Below are positions 9,066 to 18,683 of a stretch of 64,000 nucleotides of DNA, piece after piece. The position numbers and the translations under genes are program-made. Every line of letters begins with the position of its first letter. Within the stretch, counting starts at the first letter, position 1. This stretch comes from an uncultured Flavobacteriaceae bacterium. Lineage in GTDB: Bacteria; Bacteroidota; Bacteroidia; Flavobacteriales; Flavobacteriaceae. Location of the stretch: positions 16,958 to 80,957 of the forward strand of contig CAYQPI010000075.1 in NCBI GenBank assembly GCA_964419405.1, in the 5' to 3' direction. Under the pieces are notes generated by a model. That model did not search any database. It saw only the letters and a program-made list of their open reading frames with translations, and was not told where the DNA came from.

Positions 9066-9704
9066 ATGGAAATTGTAATTGCAACAGATAAACATATTAA
9101 ATACGCTGATATTATTAGCCAGACAATTGATAAATCAGCAGAGCAAAGAGGCACAGGGATAGCTAAAAGAACTCCGGCTTATATTAAGGAAAAAATTGGA
9201 GGAGGTAATGCTGTTATTGCCTTGGATGGTGATAAGTTTGCAGGTTTCTGCTATATCGAAACCTTTGGAGGAAAGAATTTTGTCGTCCATTCAGGGCTGA
9301 TCGTACATCCGGATTTTAGAAATCAAGGTTTGGCGAAAAAAATTAAAACCAAAGTATTTAAGCATTCAGAAAAGAAGTATCCGAATTCCAAAATATTCGG
9401 TATTACCACAGGTTTAGCGGTGATGAAAATTAATTATGAGCTGGGTTATAAGCCTGTGACTTTCTCTGAATTGACCGACGACCCTGAGTTTTGGAAAGGC
9501 TGTCAAACATGCACAAATTACGATGTGTTGCAGAGAACAGATCAAAAAATGTGTCTTTGTACCGGGATGCTTTACGACGGAAAGAAGCCTGATAAAAAAG
9601 ATCATCCATTTAACTCAAAAAGCCTGAGCAGGTTAAAAAGAATTAAACAAAGTTTGTTTTTAAAGAAAAGTAAAAAGACAAAGGATAAATCGAATAAATC
9701 ATAA
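9066..9704 (+). CDS. argA: GNAT-type N-acyl-glutamate synthase (Bacteroidota ArgA)
   Basis: GNAT motif A VHPDFRNQGLAK; GTGIAKR; FWKGCQTC...MCLCTGM; first gene of the arg operon. Confidence 0.75.
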   Translation: MEIVIATDKHIKYADIISQTIDKSAEQRGTGIAKRTPAYIKEKIGGGNAVIALDGDKFAGFCYIETFGGKNFVVHSGLIVHPDFRNQGLAKKIKTKVFKHSEKKYPNSKIFGITTGLAVMKINYELGYKPVTFSELTDDPEFWKGCQTCTNYDVLQRTDQKMCLCTGMLYDGKKPDKKDHPFNSKSLSRLKRIKQSLFLKKSKKTKDKSNKS

Positions 9705-9755
9705 ACTGAAGGCCCTCAAAAGAGGTAACCTGCAAAACAATAAAAGTATATAAAA

Positions 9756-10937
9756 ATGAAAAAATTAGTCTTGGCATATAGTGGAGGTTTGGATACATCC
9801 TATTGTGCAAAATACCTGTCGGAAGTTGAAGGATATGAAGTGCATGCTGTTAGTGTGAATACAGGAGGCTTTGAAGCTGAAGAAATTGCTTCCATTGGAG
9901 AAAAGGCTGTTCAATTAGGAGCAACCAGTTATAAATCGATCGATGCGGTTCATACATTTTATGAAAAAGTAGTGAAGTATTTGATTTATGGAAATGTATT
10001 AAAGAACAATACCTATCCGCTTTCAGTGAGTGCGGAGAGAATCGTGCAAGCTGTTGAAATTGTGAACTACGCTAAAAAGGTGGGAGCCGATTATATTGCC
10101 CATGGTAGTACTGGTGCAGGCAATGATCAGGTTCGATTTGATATGATCTTTCAGACGCTGGCTCCCGACATTACGATCATAACGCCCATTAGAGATCACA
10201 AATTGTCGCGACAAACAGAAATCGATTTTTTAAAAGGACATGGAGTAGATCTTCCCTGGGAAAAAGCTAAATACTCTATAAATAAAGGCTTATGGGGGAC
10301 AAGTGTTGGAGGAGAGGAAACACTGAGTTCACATGCAGGATTGCCTGAAGAGGCCTATCCAAGTCAATTGAAGGAGAAGGGCTCCACAGATGTCAAACTG
10401 ACTTTCGAAAAAGGTGAATTGGTTGCCATAGATGATAAGAAGGACAATCCGGTAAACAATATAGAAGCCCTAGAAAAAATGGCTTCAGCGTATGCCATAG
10501 GCAGAGATATTCATGTGGGTGATACGATCATTGGCATTAAGGGTAGGGTCGGATTTGAAGCTGCGGCTCCTTTGCTGATCATTAAGGCCCATCATTTGCT
10601 GGAAAAACATACGCTTACAAAATGGCAACAACACCATAAAGAACAACTAGGGAATTGGTATGGTATGCTTCTGCATGAGGGCCAGTATTTAGACGAAGTG
10701 ATGAGGAATATTGAGGTGTTTTTAAACGATACACAGAAGAATGTTTCTGGAGATGTATTTGTGAGTCTATACCCTTACAGGTTTACCTTGAACGGGATCT
10801 CATCTGATCATGATTTGATGAGTTCTTCCTTTGCCAGTTATGGTGAAACCAATGACGGCTGGTCAGCAGATGATGCCAAAGGGTTTATTAAAATCAATTC
10901 AAATCAAAGTAAAATCTACAATCACGTAAATTCATAA
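9756..10937 (+). CDS. argG: Argininosuccinate synthase
   Basis: LAYSGGLDTS and HGSTGAGNDQVRF motifs. Confidence 0.97.
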   Translation: MKKLVLAYSGGLDTSYCAKYLSEVEGYEVHAVSVNTGGFEAEEIASIGEKAVQLGATSYKSIDAVHTFYEKVVKYLIYGNVLKNNTYPLSVSAERIVQAVEIVNYAKKVGADYIAHGSTGAGNDQVRFDMIFQTLAPDITIITPIRDHKLSRQTEIDFLKGHGVDLPWEKAKYSINKGLWGTSVGGEETLSSHAGLPEEAYPSQLKEKGSTDVKLTFEKGELVAIDDKKDNPVNNIEALEKMASAYAIGRDIHVGDTIIGIKGRVGFEAAAPLLIIKAHHLLEKHTLTKWQQHHKEQLGNWYGMLLHEGQYLDEVMRNIEVFLNDTQKNVSGDVFVSLYPYRFTLNGISSDHDLMSSSFASYGETNDGWSADDAKGFIKINSNQSKIYNHVNS

Positions 10938-10939
10938 CA

Positions 10940-11917
10940 ATGATCAAGGCAGGAATTATAGGAGGTGCCGGCTATACTGCAGGAGAACTGATTAGGCTGA
11001 TACTGAATCATCCAGAGCTGACATTAGATTTTGTGTTTAGTACCTCAAATGCGGGAAATGAAATTCAGGAAGTGCATCGAGATCTTATGGGAGATACTTC
11101 TATGAAGTTTAGCCCTGTGATCAATCCTGAGATCGATGTGTTGTTTTTATGTCTGGGTCATGGGAATTCTTCGGCCTTTTTAAGGGACAATTCGTTTAGC
11201 AAATCAACCAAGATTATTGATTTGAGCAATGATTTCAGGCTGGAAAAAGACCATCTGTTTATGGGTAAATCCTTTGTTTATGGCTTGCCTGAGGTCTTTA
11301 AGAAAGATATTGTGAAGGCTGATTATATAGCGAACCCTGGTTGTTTTGCAACCGCCATTCAATTAGGTATACTGCCATTGGCCGCTGAGAATTTATTGAA
11401 GGACGAGGTACATGTCAATGCTGTGACTGGTGCTACTGGGGCTGGAGTGTCACTTTCAACAACCACTCATTTTACATGGAGGGATAATAATTTTTCTCAT
11501 TATAAAGCTTTTGATCACCAGCATTTGGGTGAAATCAATCAGCATATAGAAATGCTGCAACCAGGTTTTAAACACGATGTAAATTTTGTGCCGAACAGAG
11601 GAAATTTTAGCAGAGGTATTTTTGCTACCTCCTATACGAAATTCGAGGGAGGTATTGATTATGCAAAGGATATATTCAAGAGCTTTTATAAGGATGCGCC
11701 ATTCACCTTTGTTTCTGACAAAGACATTTTTTTAAAGCAGGTCGTCAATACGAATAAGTGTTTGATTCATGTGCAAAAGCATAAGAATAAATTATTGGTC
11801 ACAACAGCCATTGATAATCTGTTGAAAGGTGCTTCTGGTCAGGCCATAGAAAATATGAATCTCATGTTTGGTTTTGACCAGACCAAAGGACTTAAATTAA
11901 AAGCTAACTTTTTTTAA
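10940..11917 (+). CDS. argC: N-acetyl-gamma-glutamyl-phosphate reductase
   Basis: GGAGYTAGEL, IANPGCF and DNLLKGASGQA motifs. Confidence 0.97.
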   Translation: MIKAGIIGGAGYTAGELIRLILNHPELTLDFVFSTSNAGNEIQEVHRDLMGDTSMKFSPVINPEIDVLFLCLGHGNSSAFLRDNSFSKSTKIIDLSNDFRLEKDHLFMGKSFVYGLPEVFKKDIVKADYIANPGCFATAIQLGILPLAAENLLKDEVHVNAVTGATGAGVSLSTTTHFTWRDNNFSHYKAFDHQHLGEINQHIEMLQPGFKHDVNFVPNRGNFSRGIFATSYTKFEGGIDYAKDIFKSFYKDAPFTFVSDKDIFLKQVVNTNKCLIHVQKHKNKLLVTTAIDNLLKGASGQAIENMNLMFGFDQTKGLKLKANFF

Positions 11918-11927
11918 AAAATTAATT

Positions 11928-12725
11928 ATGAAAATAGCCATTATAGGGGTGGGGAACTTAGGCTACTCAATAGCAGTAGGGATATTAAGTCAGAAAAAAG
12001 AAATCAATTGCAAATCCTTGTATTTGACCAAGAGAAATACCGCCTCGCTGTCTCATTTTGAAAAAGTTTCACTGGTAAAAACGACAACAGATAACAGAAG
12101 GGCCGTAAAGTATTCAAATATCATTATTCTGGCAGTACAACCGGCACAATTGATGGAAGTTCTGGAGGAAATTAATGACCTGATAGACCCAAAAAAGCAC
12201 ACCATAATTTCTGTGGCAACAGGAAGAAAGATAGAGGAGATTGAGGCTGTTATTAAGAATGGCGTCCCAGTGATACGATGTATGCCCAATACTGCGATTT
12301 CTGTAGGACAATCAATGACCTGCATCAGTGCGAATGATTCTGGAAAGGAAAATTTTCATTTGGCAAAAAGTATATTCAATGCCCTTGGCGAAACCATGTG
12401 TATTGACGAAAGTCTTATGCAGGCAGCTACGGTTATCTGCGCCAGTGGAATTGCATTTTGGATGAGACTCATCAGAGCGACCACCCAGGGAGCTGTTCAA
12501 CTTGGATTTCACAGCGAAGAGGCGCAAAAGTTATCGATGCAAACCTGTTTGGGAGCTGCAAGTTTATTGATTGATTCTCAAAGCCATCCAGAACAAGAGA
12601 TAGACAAGGTGACAACTCCAAGTGGTTGTACCATAGAAGGACTCAATGAGATGGAGCATCAAGGTTTAAGCTCTTCAATTATAAAAGGACTTGTTACCTC
12701 TTATGAAAAAATTAATCAGATTTAA
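11928..12725 (+). CDS. proC: Pyrroline-5-carboxylate reductase
   Basis: GVGNLG, RCMPNT and VTTPSGCTIEG motifs. Confidence 0.95.
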   Translation: MKIAIIGVGNLGYSIAVGILSQKKEINCKSLYLTKRNTASLSHFEKVSLVKTTTDNRRAVKYSNIIILAVQPAQLMEVLEEINDLIDPKKHTIISVATGRKIEEIEAVIKNGVPVIRCMPNTAISVGQSMTCISANDSGKENFHLAKSIFNALGETMCIDESLMQAATVICASGIAFWMRLIRATTQGAVQLGFHSEEAQKLSMQTCLGAASLLIDSQSHPEQEIDKVTTPSGCTIEGLNEMEHQGLSSSIIKGLVTSYEKINQI

Positions 12726-12728
12726 GAA

Positions 12729-13880
12729 ATGAATATGGAACTATTTGATGTATATCCCTTGTATGATGTAACACCTGAATCTGCTGAAGGATGTTTTATT
12801 ACCGATAGTGATGGTAAAAAATACCTTGATCTGTACGGTGGTCACGGTGTGATTTCAATTGGACATTCACATAAATCATACGTGTCAGCTCTTAGTAAAC
12901 AGATTCAGAAAATGGGATTTTATTCGAATTCAATCAAAAACCCGCTGCAGGAATCTTTTGCCAAAAAATTAGGAGCTGTTTCAGAATGTGAAGATTACAA
13001 TTTGTTTTTGTGTAACTCTGGCGCTGAAGCCAATGAGAATGCCTTAAAAATGGCTTCCTTCGAAACCGGAAAGAAAAAGGTAATTGCTTTTGAGAAAGCA
13101 TTTCATGGGCGTACCTCTGCAGCTGTAGCTGCCACTGATAATACAAAGATCAACGCTCCTTTGAACAGTCAGCATGAGGTTATTTTTCTCCCTTTGAACC
13201 ATATAGATCTGGTCGAAGAAGAATTGAAAAAGAATGATGTTGCTGCTGTTATCATTGAAGGAATTCAGGGTGTTGGAGGGCTCGATCAGGGAACAACCGA
13301 GTTTTTTCAGGCTTTGGAAGGATTATGTAAGCAATATAAGGCCATATTAATACTTGATGAGATTCAGTCGGGTTATGGAAGAAGTGGCCAGTTTTTCTCC
13401 TTTCAGCATCATGGTATTCATCCTGATATCATCAGTGTTGCCAAAGGGATGGGAAATGGCTTTCCTATAGGTGGTATTTTAATATCGAATAAAATAAAAG
13501 CTTCCTATGGAATACTTGGAACTACCTTCGGAGGAAATCATCTTGCCTGTGCAGCCGGACTCGCTGTATTGGAGGTTATTGAGAAAGAACAGTTACTGGC
13601 ACATGTACAGAAAGTTTCAAGGCATTTTTTGGAAAGCATAAAAGAGATTAAGGCTGTAAAATCGGTTAAAGGAAGAGGCTTGATGCTAGGATTGAGATTT
13701 GATTTTCCCGTTTCGGAAATGAGGAAAACCTTGATTTTTGAGGAAGGAATTTTTACAGGCGGATCTGCAGATCCCAAGCTGCTACGAATTTTACCACCAT
13801 TATCGGTGAGTCAGGAAAATTTAGATGACTTTGTGGAAGCATTAAAAAGAACACTTACCAAATTATTGGTAAAAAAATAA
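12729..13880 (+). CDS. argD: Acetyl/succinylornithine aminotransferase (class III PLP enzyme)
   Basis: NSGAEANE, FHGRT, DEIQSG, AKGMGNG and TTFGGN motifs. Confidence 0.94.
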   Translation: MNMELFDVYPLYDVTPESAEGCFITDSDGKKYLDLYGGHGVISIGHSHKSYVSALSKQIQKMGFYSNSIKNPLQESFAKKLGAVSECEDYNLFLCNSGAEANENALKMASFETGKKKVIAFEKAFHGRTSAAVAATDNTKINAPLNSQHEVIFLPLNHIDLVEEELKKNDVAAVIIEGIQGVGGLDQGTTEFFQALEGLCKQYKAILILDEIQSGYGRSGQFFSFQHHGIHPDIISVAKGMGNGFPIGGILISNKIKASYGILGTTFGGNHLACAAGLAVLEVIEKEQLLAHVQKVSRHFLESIKEIKAVKSVKGRGLMLGLRFDFPVSEMRKTLIFEEGIFTGGSADPKLLRILPPLSVSQENLDDFVEALKRTLTKLLVKK

Positions 13881-13892
13881 GTAAATAGAACA

Positions 13893-15089
13893 ATGGAAAC
13901 CTTACTTACAATTGATCAAAGAAATGCTGTGTTAACAAGTATGGCAAAATTGGTGGATCTTGAAAAGCAAACCATTCTACAGGCGAATTCCTTGGATATG
14001 GATGGTTTTGACAGCTCTGATCTGGCCATGTATGATCGTCTAAAAGTAGATGAAGAAAAAATACAGGGGATGATCGCATCTCTTGAACAACTTGCTTCTC
14101 AGGAAGATCCGGTTGGAGTTGAAAGATTTCGATTTAGGCATGAAAACGGACTTGAAATCATCAATAAAACGGCCTCTTTTGGGACCATCATGATCATTTA
14201 TGAATCACGGCCCGATGTGACCATTGAAGCCGGAGGAATTGCCTTTAAGTCGGGAAACAAAATCTTACTAAAAGGAGGAAAGGAGTCCTTGAATTCTAAC
14301 CTTGCCATTGTAGACTTATGGCATAAAGCGCTTGAAGAGCATCAGGTGAGTACGAAGTGGGTGGAGTATTTGAATTATGATCGAGAACAAACAAGAGAAT
14401 TCTTGAGAAATCCAAGTGAAAAGATAGACCTCATCATCCCCAGAGGTGGAGAAAAATTAATTTCATTTGTCAAAGAACATGCCACCTGCCCTGTGATTGT
14501 GAGCGGGAGAGGAAATAACTTTGTGTATGTTTCTCCTCATGCCGATAAGGACAAGGCTTTACAGATTATTCTGAATGCTAAGACAGCAAAGATTTCGGCC
14601 TGTAATGCTTTGGATAAGGTGTTGATTGATACGGCCTTGCCAGGATATGAAGCCTTCGTGCAGGAACTGATCCAGGAGCTGGTCAGTGCCAATGTTGAAG
14701 TAATGGGTGCCGATGGTATCAGGGAGTTTTCAGGAGTCAAGAATACCGATGATGAATCCTTGTGGTTCGAAGAGTTTTTAGATTATAAAATATTGCTGGG
14801 TAGTACAAATTCACTTGACAAGGCCATTGCAAAGATCAATACCTATGGAGGCGGACATTCAGCTTCTATTATTTCAGAAGATGAGAATGAATCGAGCCTC
14901 TTTTTGAATTCGGTGGATGCTGCTGCCGTGTATCACAATGCCTCCACAAGATTTACGGATGGTTTTCAGTTTGGTCTTGGCGGTGAACTGGCAATCAGTA
15001 CAGATAAATTACACCAAAGAGGACCCATTGGTTTACAGCATTTGGTAACAAATAAATGGTATGTATATGGCGACGGGCAAATCAGGTAA
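13893..15089 (+). CDS. proA: Gamma-glutamyl phosphate reductase
   Basis: IIYESRP, SACNA and NASTRFTDGFQFGLGGE motifs. Confidence 0.96.
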   Translation: METLLTIDQRNAVLTSMAKLVDLEKQTILQANSLDMDGFDSSDLAMYDRLKVDEEKIQGMIASLEQLASQEDPVGVERFRFRHENGLEIINKTASFGTIMIIYESRPDVTIEAGGIAFKSGNKILLKGGKESLNSNLAIVDLWHKALEEHQVSTKWVEYLNYDREQTREFLRNPSEKIDLIIPRGGEKLISFVKEHATCPVIVSGRGNNFVYVSPHADKDKALQIILNAKTAKISACNALDKVLIDTALPGYEAFVQELIQELVSANVEVMGADGIREFSGVKNTDDESLWFEEFLDYKILLGSTNSLDKAIAKINTYGGGHSASIISEDENESSLFLNSVDAAAVYHNASTRFTDGFQFGLGGELAISTDKLHQRGPIGLQHLVTNKWYVYGDGQIR

Positions 15090-15849
15090 AAAGCGGGTGC
15101 TCTTAAAGATCGGCACCAATACACTCACCAAAGAGACCCATCAGATCTCAAGAGGGAAAATTGAAGATATCGGAAGGCAACTATCAGAATTAAAGGATAG
15201 TCATGATTTTATTATCGTAAGTTCAGGGGCTATTGCTGTGGCAAAACAGTTTGTAAAACTTGAATCGAGCGGTCAGGAAATCAATGTAAAGCAAGCCCTG
15301 GCTGCTATCGGTCAGCCTCACCTGATGCGCATTTTTCAGGAGAGTTTCAGAGAATTAGGTTTATTGACTTCTCAATGTTTGTTGTCGTATGCAGATTTTA
15401 AAAGAGAAAAGTCAAAGCAAAATATTTACAATACCATAAATGTGCTTCTCGACAACCAATATATTCCTATTATCAATGAGAATGACACCGTTGCTACAGA
15501 TGAAATTCAATTCGGTGATAATGATAAATTGGCTGCCTTAACAGGAGCATTGATGGAGGTAGATCTTGTTATTATTGCAACCAATACGGATGGGATTTAT
15601 ACCAAGGAGAGTATGAATGGGCAGCAGAAATCAACGATTTCGACTGTGACAGACCTGAGTGTTCTGGTCAATGAGATCTCAGTGGACAAATCTTCTCAGG
15701 GGACTGGTGGAATGAAATCGAAAATTGAGGCTGCCGAGATTCTAAAAAAAGAAAAGATAGAAACGTGGATTGTAAACGGGATTCGAGATAATTTTATTCT
15801 CAAGGCCATAAATGAAGAATTGGAATTCACAAAAATTTTAAATAGTTAG
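15067..15849 (+). CDS. proB: Glutamate 5-kinase (no PUA domain)
   Basis: KIGT, SSGA, INENDTV, GDND and GTGGMKSKIEAA motifs; overlaps the end of proA. Confidence 0.95.
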   Translation: MATGKSGKKRVLLKIGTNTLTKETHQISRGKIEDIGRQLSELKDSHDFIIVSSGAIAVAKQFVKLESSGQEINVKQALAAIGQPHLMRIFQESFRELGLLTSQCLLSYADFKREKSKQNIYNTINVLLDNQYIPIINENDTVATDEIQFGDNDKLAALTGALMEVDLVIIATNTDGIYTKESMNGQQKSTISTVTDLSVLVNEISVDKSSQGTGGMKSKIEAAEILKKEKIETWIVNGIRDNFILKAINEELEFTKILNS

Positions 15850-15851
15850 TC

Positions 15852-16805
15852 ATGAATTATATGTCAGTGCAGGATATTGATGCTATTGATACCTGGGTGA
15901 AAGAGGCAAGAGAATTAAAGACAAGCCCTTTGAAATACAAAAAACTAGGTGAGGACAAAACCATAGGTTTGCTGTTTTTTAATCCAAGTTTAAGAACCAG
16001 ATTAAGTACGCAAAAGGCCGCTCAAAATTTAGGGATGCATACCATGGTCATGAATTTTGATAAAGAAGGTTGGGCCCTCGAGTTTGAAGACGGGACACGA
16101 ATGAATCAGGGCAAGTCAGAACATGTTAAGGAAGCTGCCCAAGTGATTTCTCAGTTTTGCGATATTATCGCAATTAGGGCCTTCGCAGGTCTTAAAGATA
16201 AGGACCTTGATAAGGCAGAGCTCGTCTTAAACGGGTTTAAAAAATACGCTTCAGTTCCGGTGGTAAACATGGAAAGTTCAGTTGGGCACCCCTTGCAGGC
16301 GCTGGCTGATGCCATTACCCTGGATGAGCAGCTAGAGCAACGAAACATTGAAAAGCCAAAGGTAGTGCTTTCATGGGCTCCTCATCCTAAGGCCTTGCCA
16401 CATGCTGTGGCCAATTCATTTGTTGAAATGATGCAGAAACAACATGCAGATTTTATCATTACACATCCAAAAGGCTACGACCTGGATCCTGAAATAGTTG
16501 GAGAAACCAAAGTTGAATATGATCAAAGGGAAGCATTTAAAGACGCCGATTTTATCTATACAAAAAACTGGAGTTCATTTGAAAACTACGGTCAGGTGCT
16601 GTCACAGGACGATTCCTGGACCATCGATCAGGAAAAAATGAATCTGACCAACAAGGCCAAATTTATGCATTGTCTTCCGGTGAGAAGAAATGTGGTTGTT
16701 TCAGATGAGGTGCTGGACGGTGAGGATTCGTTGGTTATTGAACAGGCAAACAACAGGACCTATTCAGCTCAAACTGTTCTAAAAAAAATACTTGATACTA
16801 TCTAG
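15852..16805 (+). CDS. argF: N-acyl-ornithine carbamoyltransferase (ArgF', probably N-succinylornithine-specific)
   Basis: FFNPSLRT, WAPHPKALP and FMHCLPVRR motifs of the AOTCase/SOTCase family. Confidence 0.92.
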   Translation: MNYMSVQDIDAIDTWVKEARELKTSPLKYKKLGEDKTIGLLFFNPSLRTRLSTQKAAQNLGMHTMVMNFDKEGWALEFEDGTRMNQGKSEHVKEAAQVISQFCDIIAIRAFAGLKDKDLDKAELVLNGFKKYASVPVVNMESSVGHPLQALADAITLDEQLEQRNIEKPKVVLSWAPHPKALPHAVANSFVEMMQKQHADFIITHPKGYDLDPEIVGETKVEYDQREAFKDADFIYTKNWSSFENYGQVLSQDDSWTIDQEKMNLTNKAKFMHCLPVRRNVVVSDEVLDGEDSLVIEQANNRTYSAQTVLKKILDTI

Positions 16806-16818
16806 TAAGAATAATGAT

Positions 16819-17598
16819 ATGAAACAGAAGCTTAGCATCATAAAAATTGGAGGTAATGTAATCAATGATTCGAAAGAACTCAATATATTTCTCGATGATT
16901 TCGCTGCCCTGAACAGCTTGAAAATATTAGTCCATGGAGGAGGTAGAAAGGCAACAGAAGTGGCTGACTCCATGGGGTTGAAGCCACAAATGATAGGGGG
17001 GCGTCGAATTACAGATCAGGCAAACCTTGAGGTAGTTACCATGGTGTATGCGGGCTTTCTCAATAAAAAGATCGTGTCAAAGTTGCAATCGGTTGATTGT
17101 AATTCTTTAGGTTTGTCAGGTGCTGACGGGAATGTGATACAGGCGCATAAGCGAATTGTAAAAGAGATTGATTATGGTTTTGCCGGTGATATAGATGATG
17201 TCAATACCAGCACGATTTCATTACTTTTAGATGCTGGAATTACACCTGTTTTTTCGGCAATTACGCACGATAAAAAAGGGCAGTTACTCAATACCAATGC
17301 TGATACGATCGCCGCGGAGCTGGCCAAGGCCTTATCAAAACAGTATGAGGTTGAACTCATCTATTGTTTCGAGAAGAATGGTGTGCTTCAGGATGTCAAC
17401 GACGAAAACTCGGTGATAGAGCAGATAAACATGAGTAAGTACAAGGAACTTAAAAATATGGGTGTCATTAGTGAAGGAATGTTGCCTAAAATGAAAAATT
17501 GTTTTGAATCCCTGGAAAACGGAGTACATAAAGTGATTTTAGGACGACCTGACCTGATAAAGGACAGAAATAAAAAATTTACGACACTTAGCATATGA
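16819..17598 (+). CDS. argB: Acetylglutamate kinase
   Basis: KIGGN, VHGGG, NTNAD and GMLPK motifs. Start moved to MKQKL. Confidence 0.95.
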   Translation: MKQKLSIIKIGGNVINDSKELNIFLDDFAALNSLKILVHGGGRKATEVADSMGLKPQMIGGRRITDQANLEVVTMVYAGFLNKKIVSKLQSVDCNSLGLSGADGNVIQAHKRIVKEIDYGFAGDIDDVNTSTISLLLDAGITPVFSAITHDKKGQLLNTNADTIAAELAKALSKQYEVELIYCFEKNGVLQDVNDENSVIEQINMSKYKELKNMGVISEGMLPKMKNCFESLENGVHKVILGRPDLIKDRNKKFTTLSI

Positions 17599-18653
17599 TA
17601 GCTGAATTACAAAACAAGGCAAAACAATTGTTGATAGATTTGATCAATACCCCATCTTTTTCGGGAGAAGAGAATGAGACGGCAAACTTGATCGAGGCTT
17701 TTTTGAAAAATCAAGACATCGAATGCAAACGAGATCAGCATAATGTTTGGGCGGTCAACCGCTATTTTGATGAGAAAAAACCTAATATTCTGTTGAATTC
17801 TCATCACGATACGGTAAAGCCGAACAAAGGCTATACCCGAAACCCGCATGAGGCAGGCATCGAGGATGGTAAGATCTTTGGCTTAGGATCTAATGATGCA
17901 GGTGGCTGTCTGGTTTCTTTGATCGCGACGTTTTGTTATTTCTACAAGGTCAAGGACCTGAAATACAATCTGGTTTTGCTGGCATCGGCAGAGGAGGAGA
18001 ATTCAGGAGATAAGGGTATTCGATCAATGATTCCCATATTACCAGAAATTGATTTTGCTATTGTTGGGGAACCTACCCTGATGAATCTGGCCATCGCAGA
18101 AAAAGGACTTTTGGTGCTTGATTGCTATGCAAAAGGCACCGCAGGACATGCGGCTCATTCGAGGGGTGATAATTCAATTTATAAGGCGATGGAGGCCATA
18201 CAATGGTTTCAGAATTTTAAGTTACCCAAGGTGTCAGAAACACTGCACGATACGAAAATGACCGTTACTCAGATAGATGCAGGCAATCAGCACAATGTTG
18301 TTCCTGCAACCTGCCATTTTGTAGTTGATATTAGGGTAAATGACCTGTATTCAAATAAGGAAGTATTGGATCTGGTAAAGGAGCATGTTGAGGTGGAAGT
18401 GAAGGAAAGATCACTACATTTGAATTCATCTTCTATTGACAGGGATCATGAAATCGTGCGGTCAGGAATACATTTGGGCAGAGAAATATACGGCTCACCA
18501 ACACTCTCTGATCAGTCGAACCTCAGTTGTCCTTCCTTAAAATTAGGACCAGGGGATTCTCTGAGATCACACACCGCGGATGAGTTTATCTATGAACATG
18601 AGTTAGATGAAGGTATAGACCTTTACATAAAAATATTAAAAGGAATAGTATAG
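17595..18653 (+). CDS. argE: M20-family N-acyl-citrulline/ornithine deacylase
   Basis: NSHHDTV, GLGSND, EE, GEPT and HTADE motifs; operon context. Confidence 0.88.
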   Translation: MIAELQNKAKQLLIDLINTPSFSGEENETANLIEAFLKNQDIECKRDQHNVWAVNRYFDEKKPNILLNSHHDTVKPNKGYTRNPHEAGIEDGKIFGLGSNDAGGCLVSLIATFCYFYKVKDLKYNLVLLASAEEENSGDKGIRSMIPILPEIDFAIVGEPTLMNLAIAEKGLLVLDCYAKGTAGHAAHSRGDNSIYKAMEAIQWFQNFKLPKVSETLHDTKMTVTQIDAGNQHNVVPATCHFVVDIRVNDLYSNKEVLDLVKEHVEVEVKERSLHLNSSSIDRDHEIVRSGIHLGREIYGSPTLSDQSNLSCPSLKLGPGDSLRSHTADEFIYEHELDEGIDLYIKILKGIV

Positions 18654-18683
18654 TCACTAGCTGACATAAAAAACAGAGCACCT

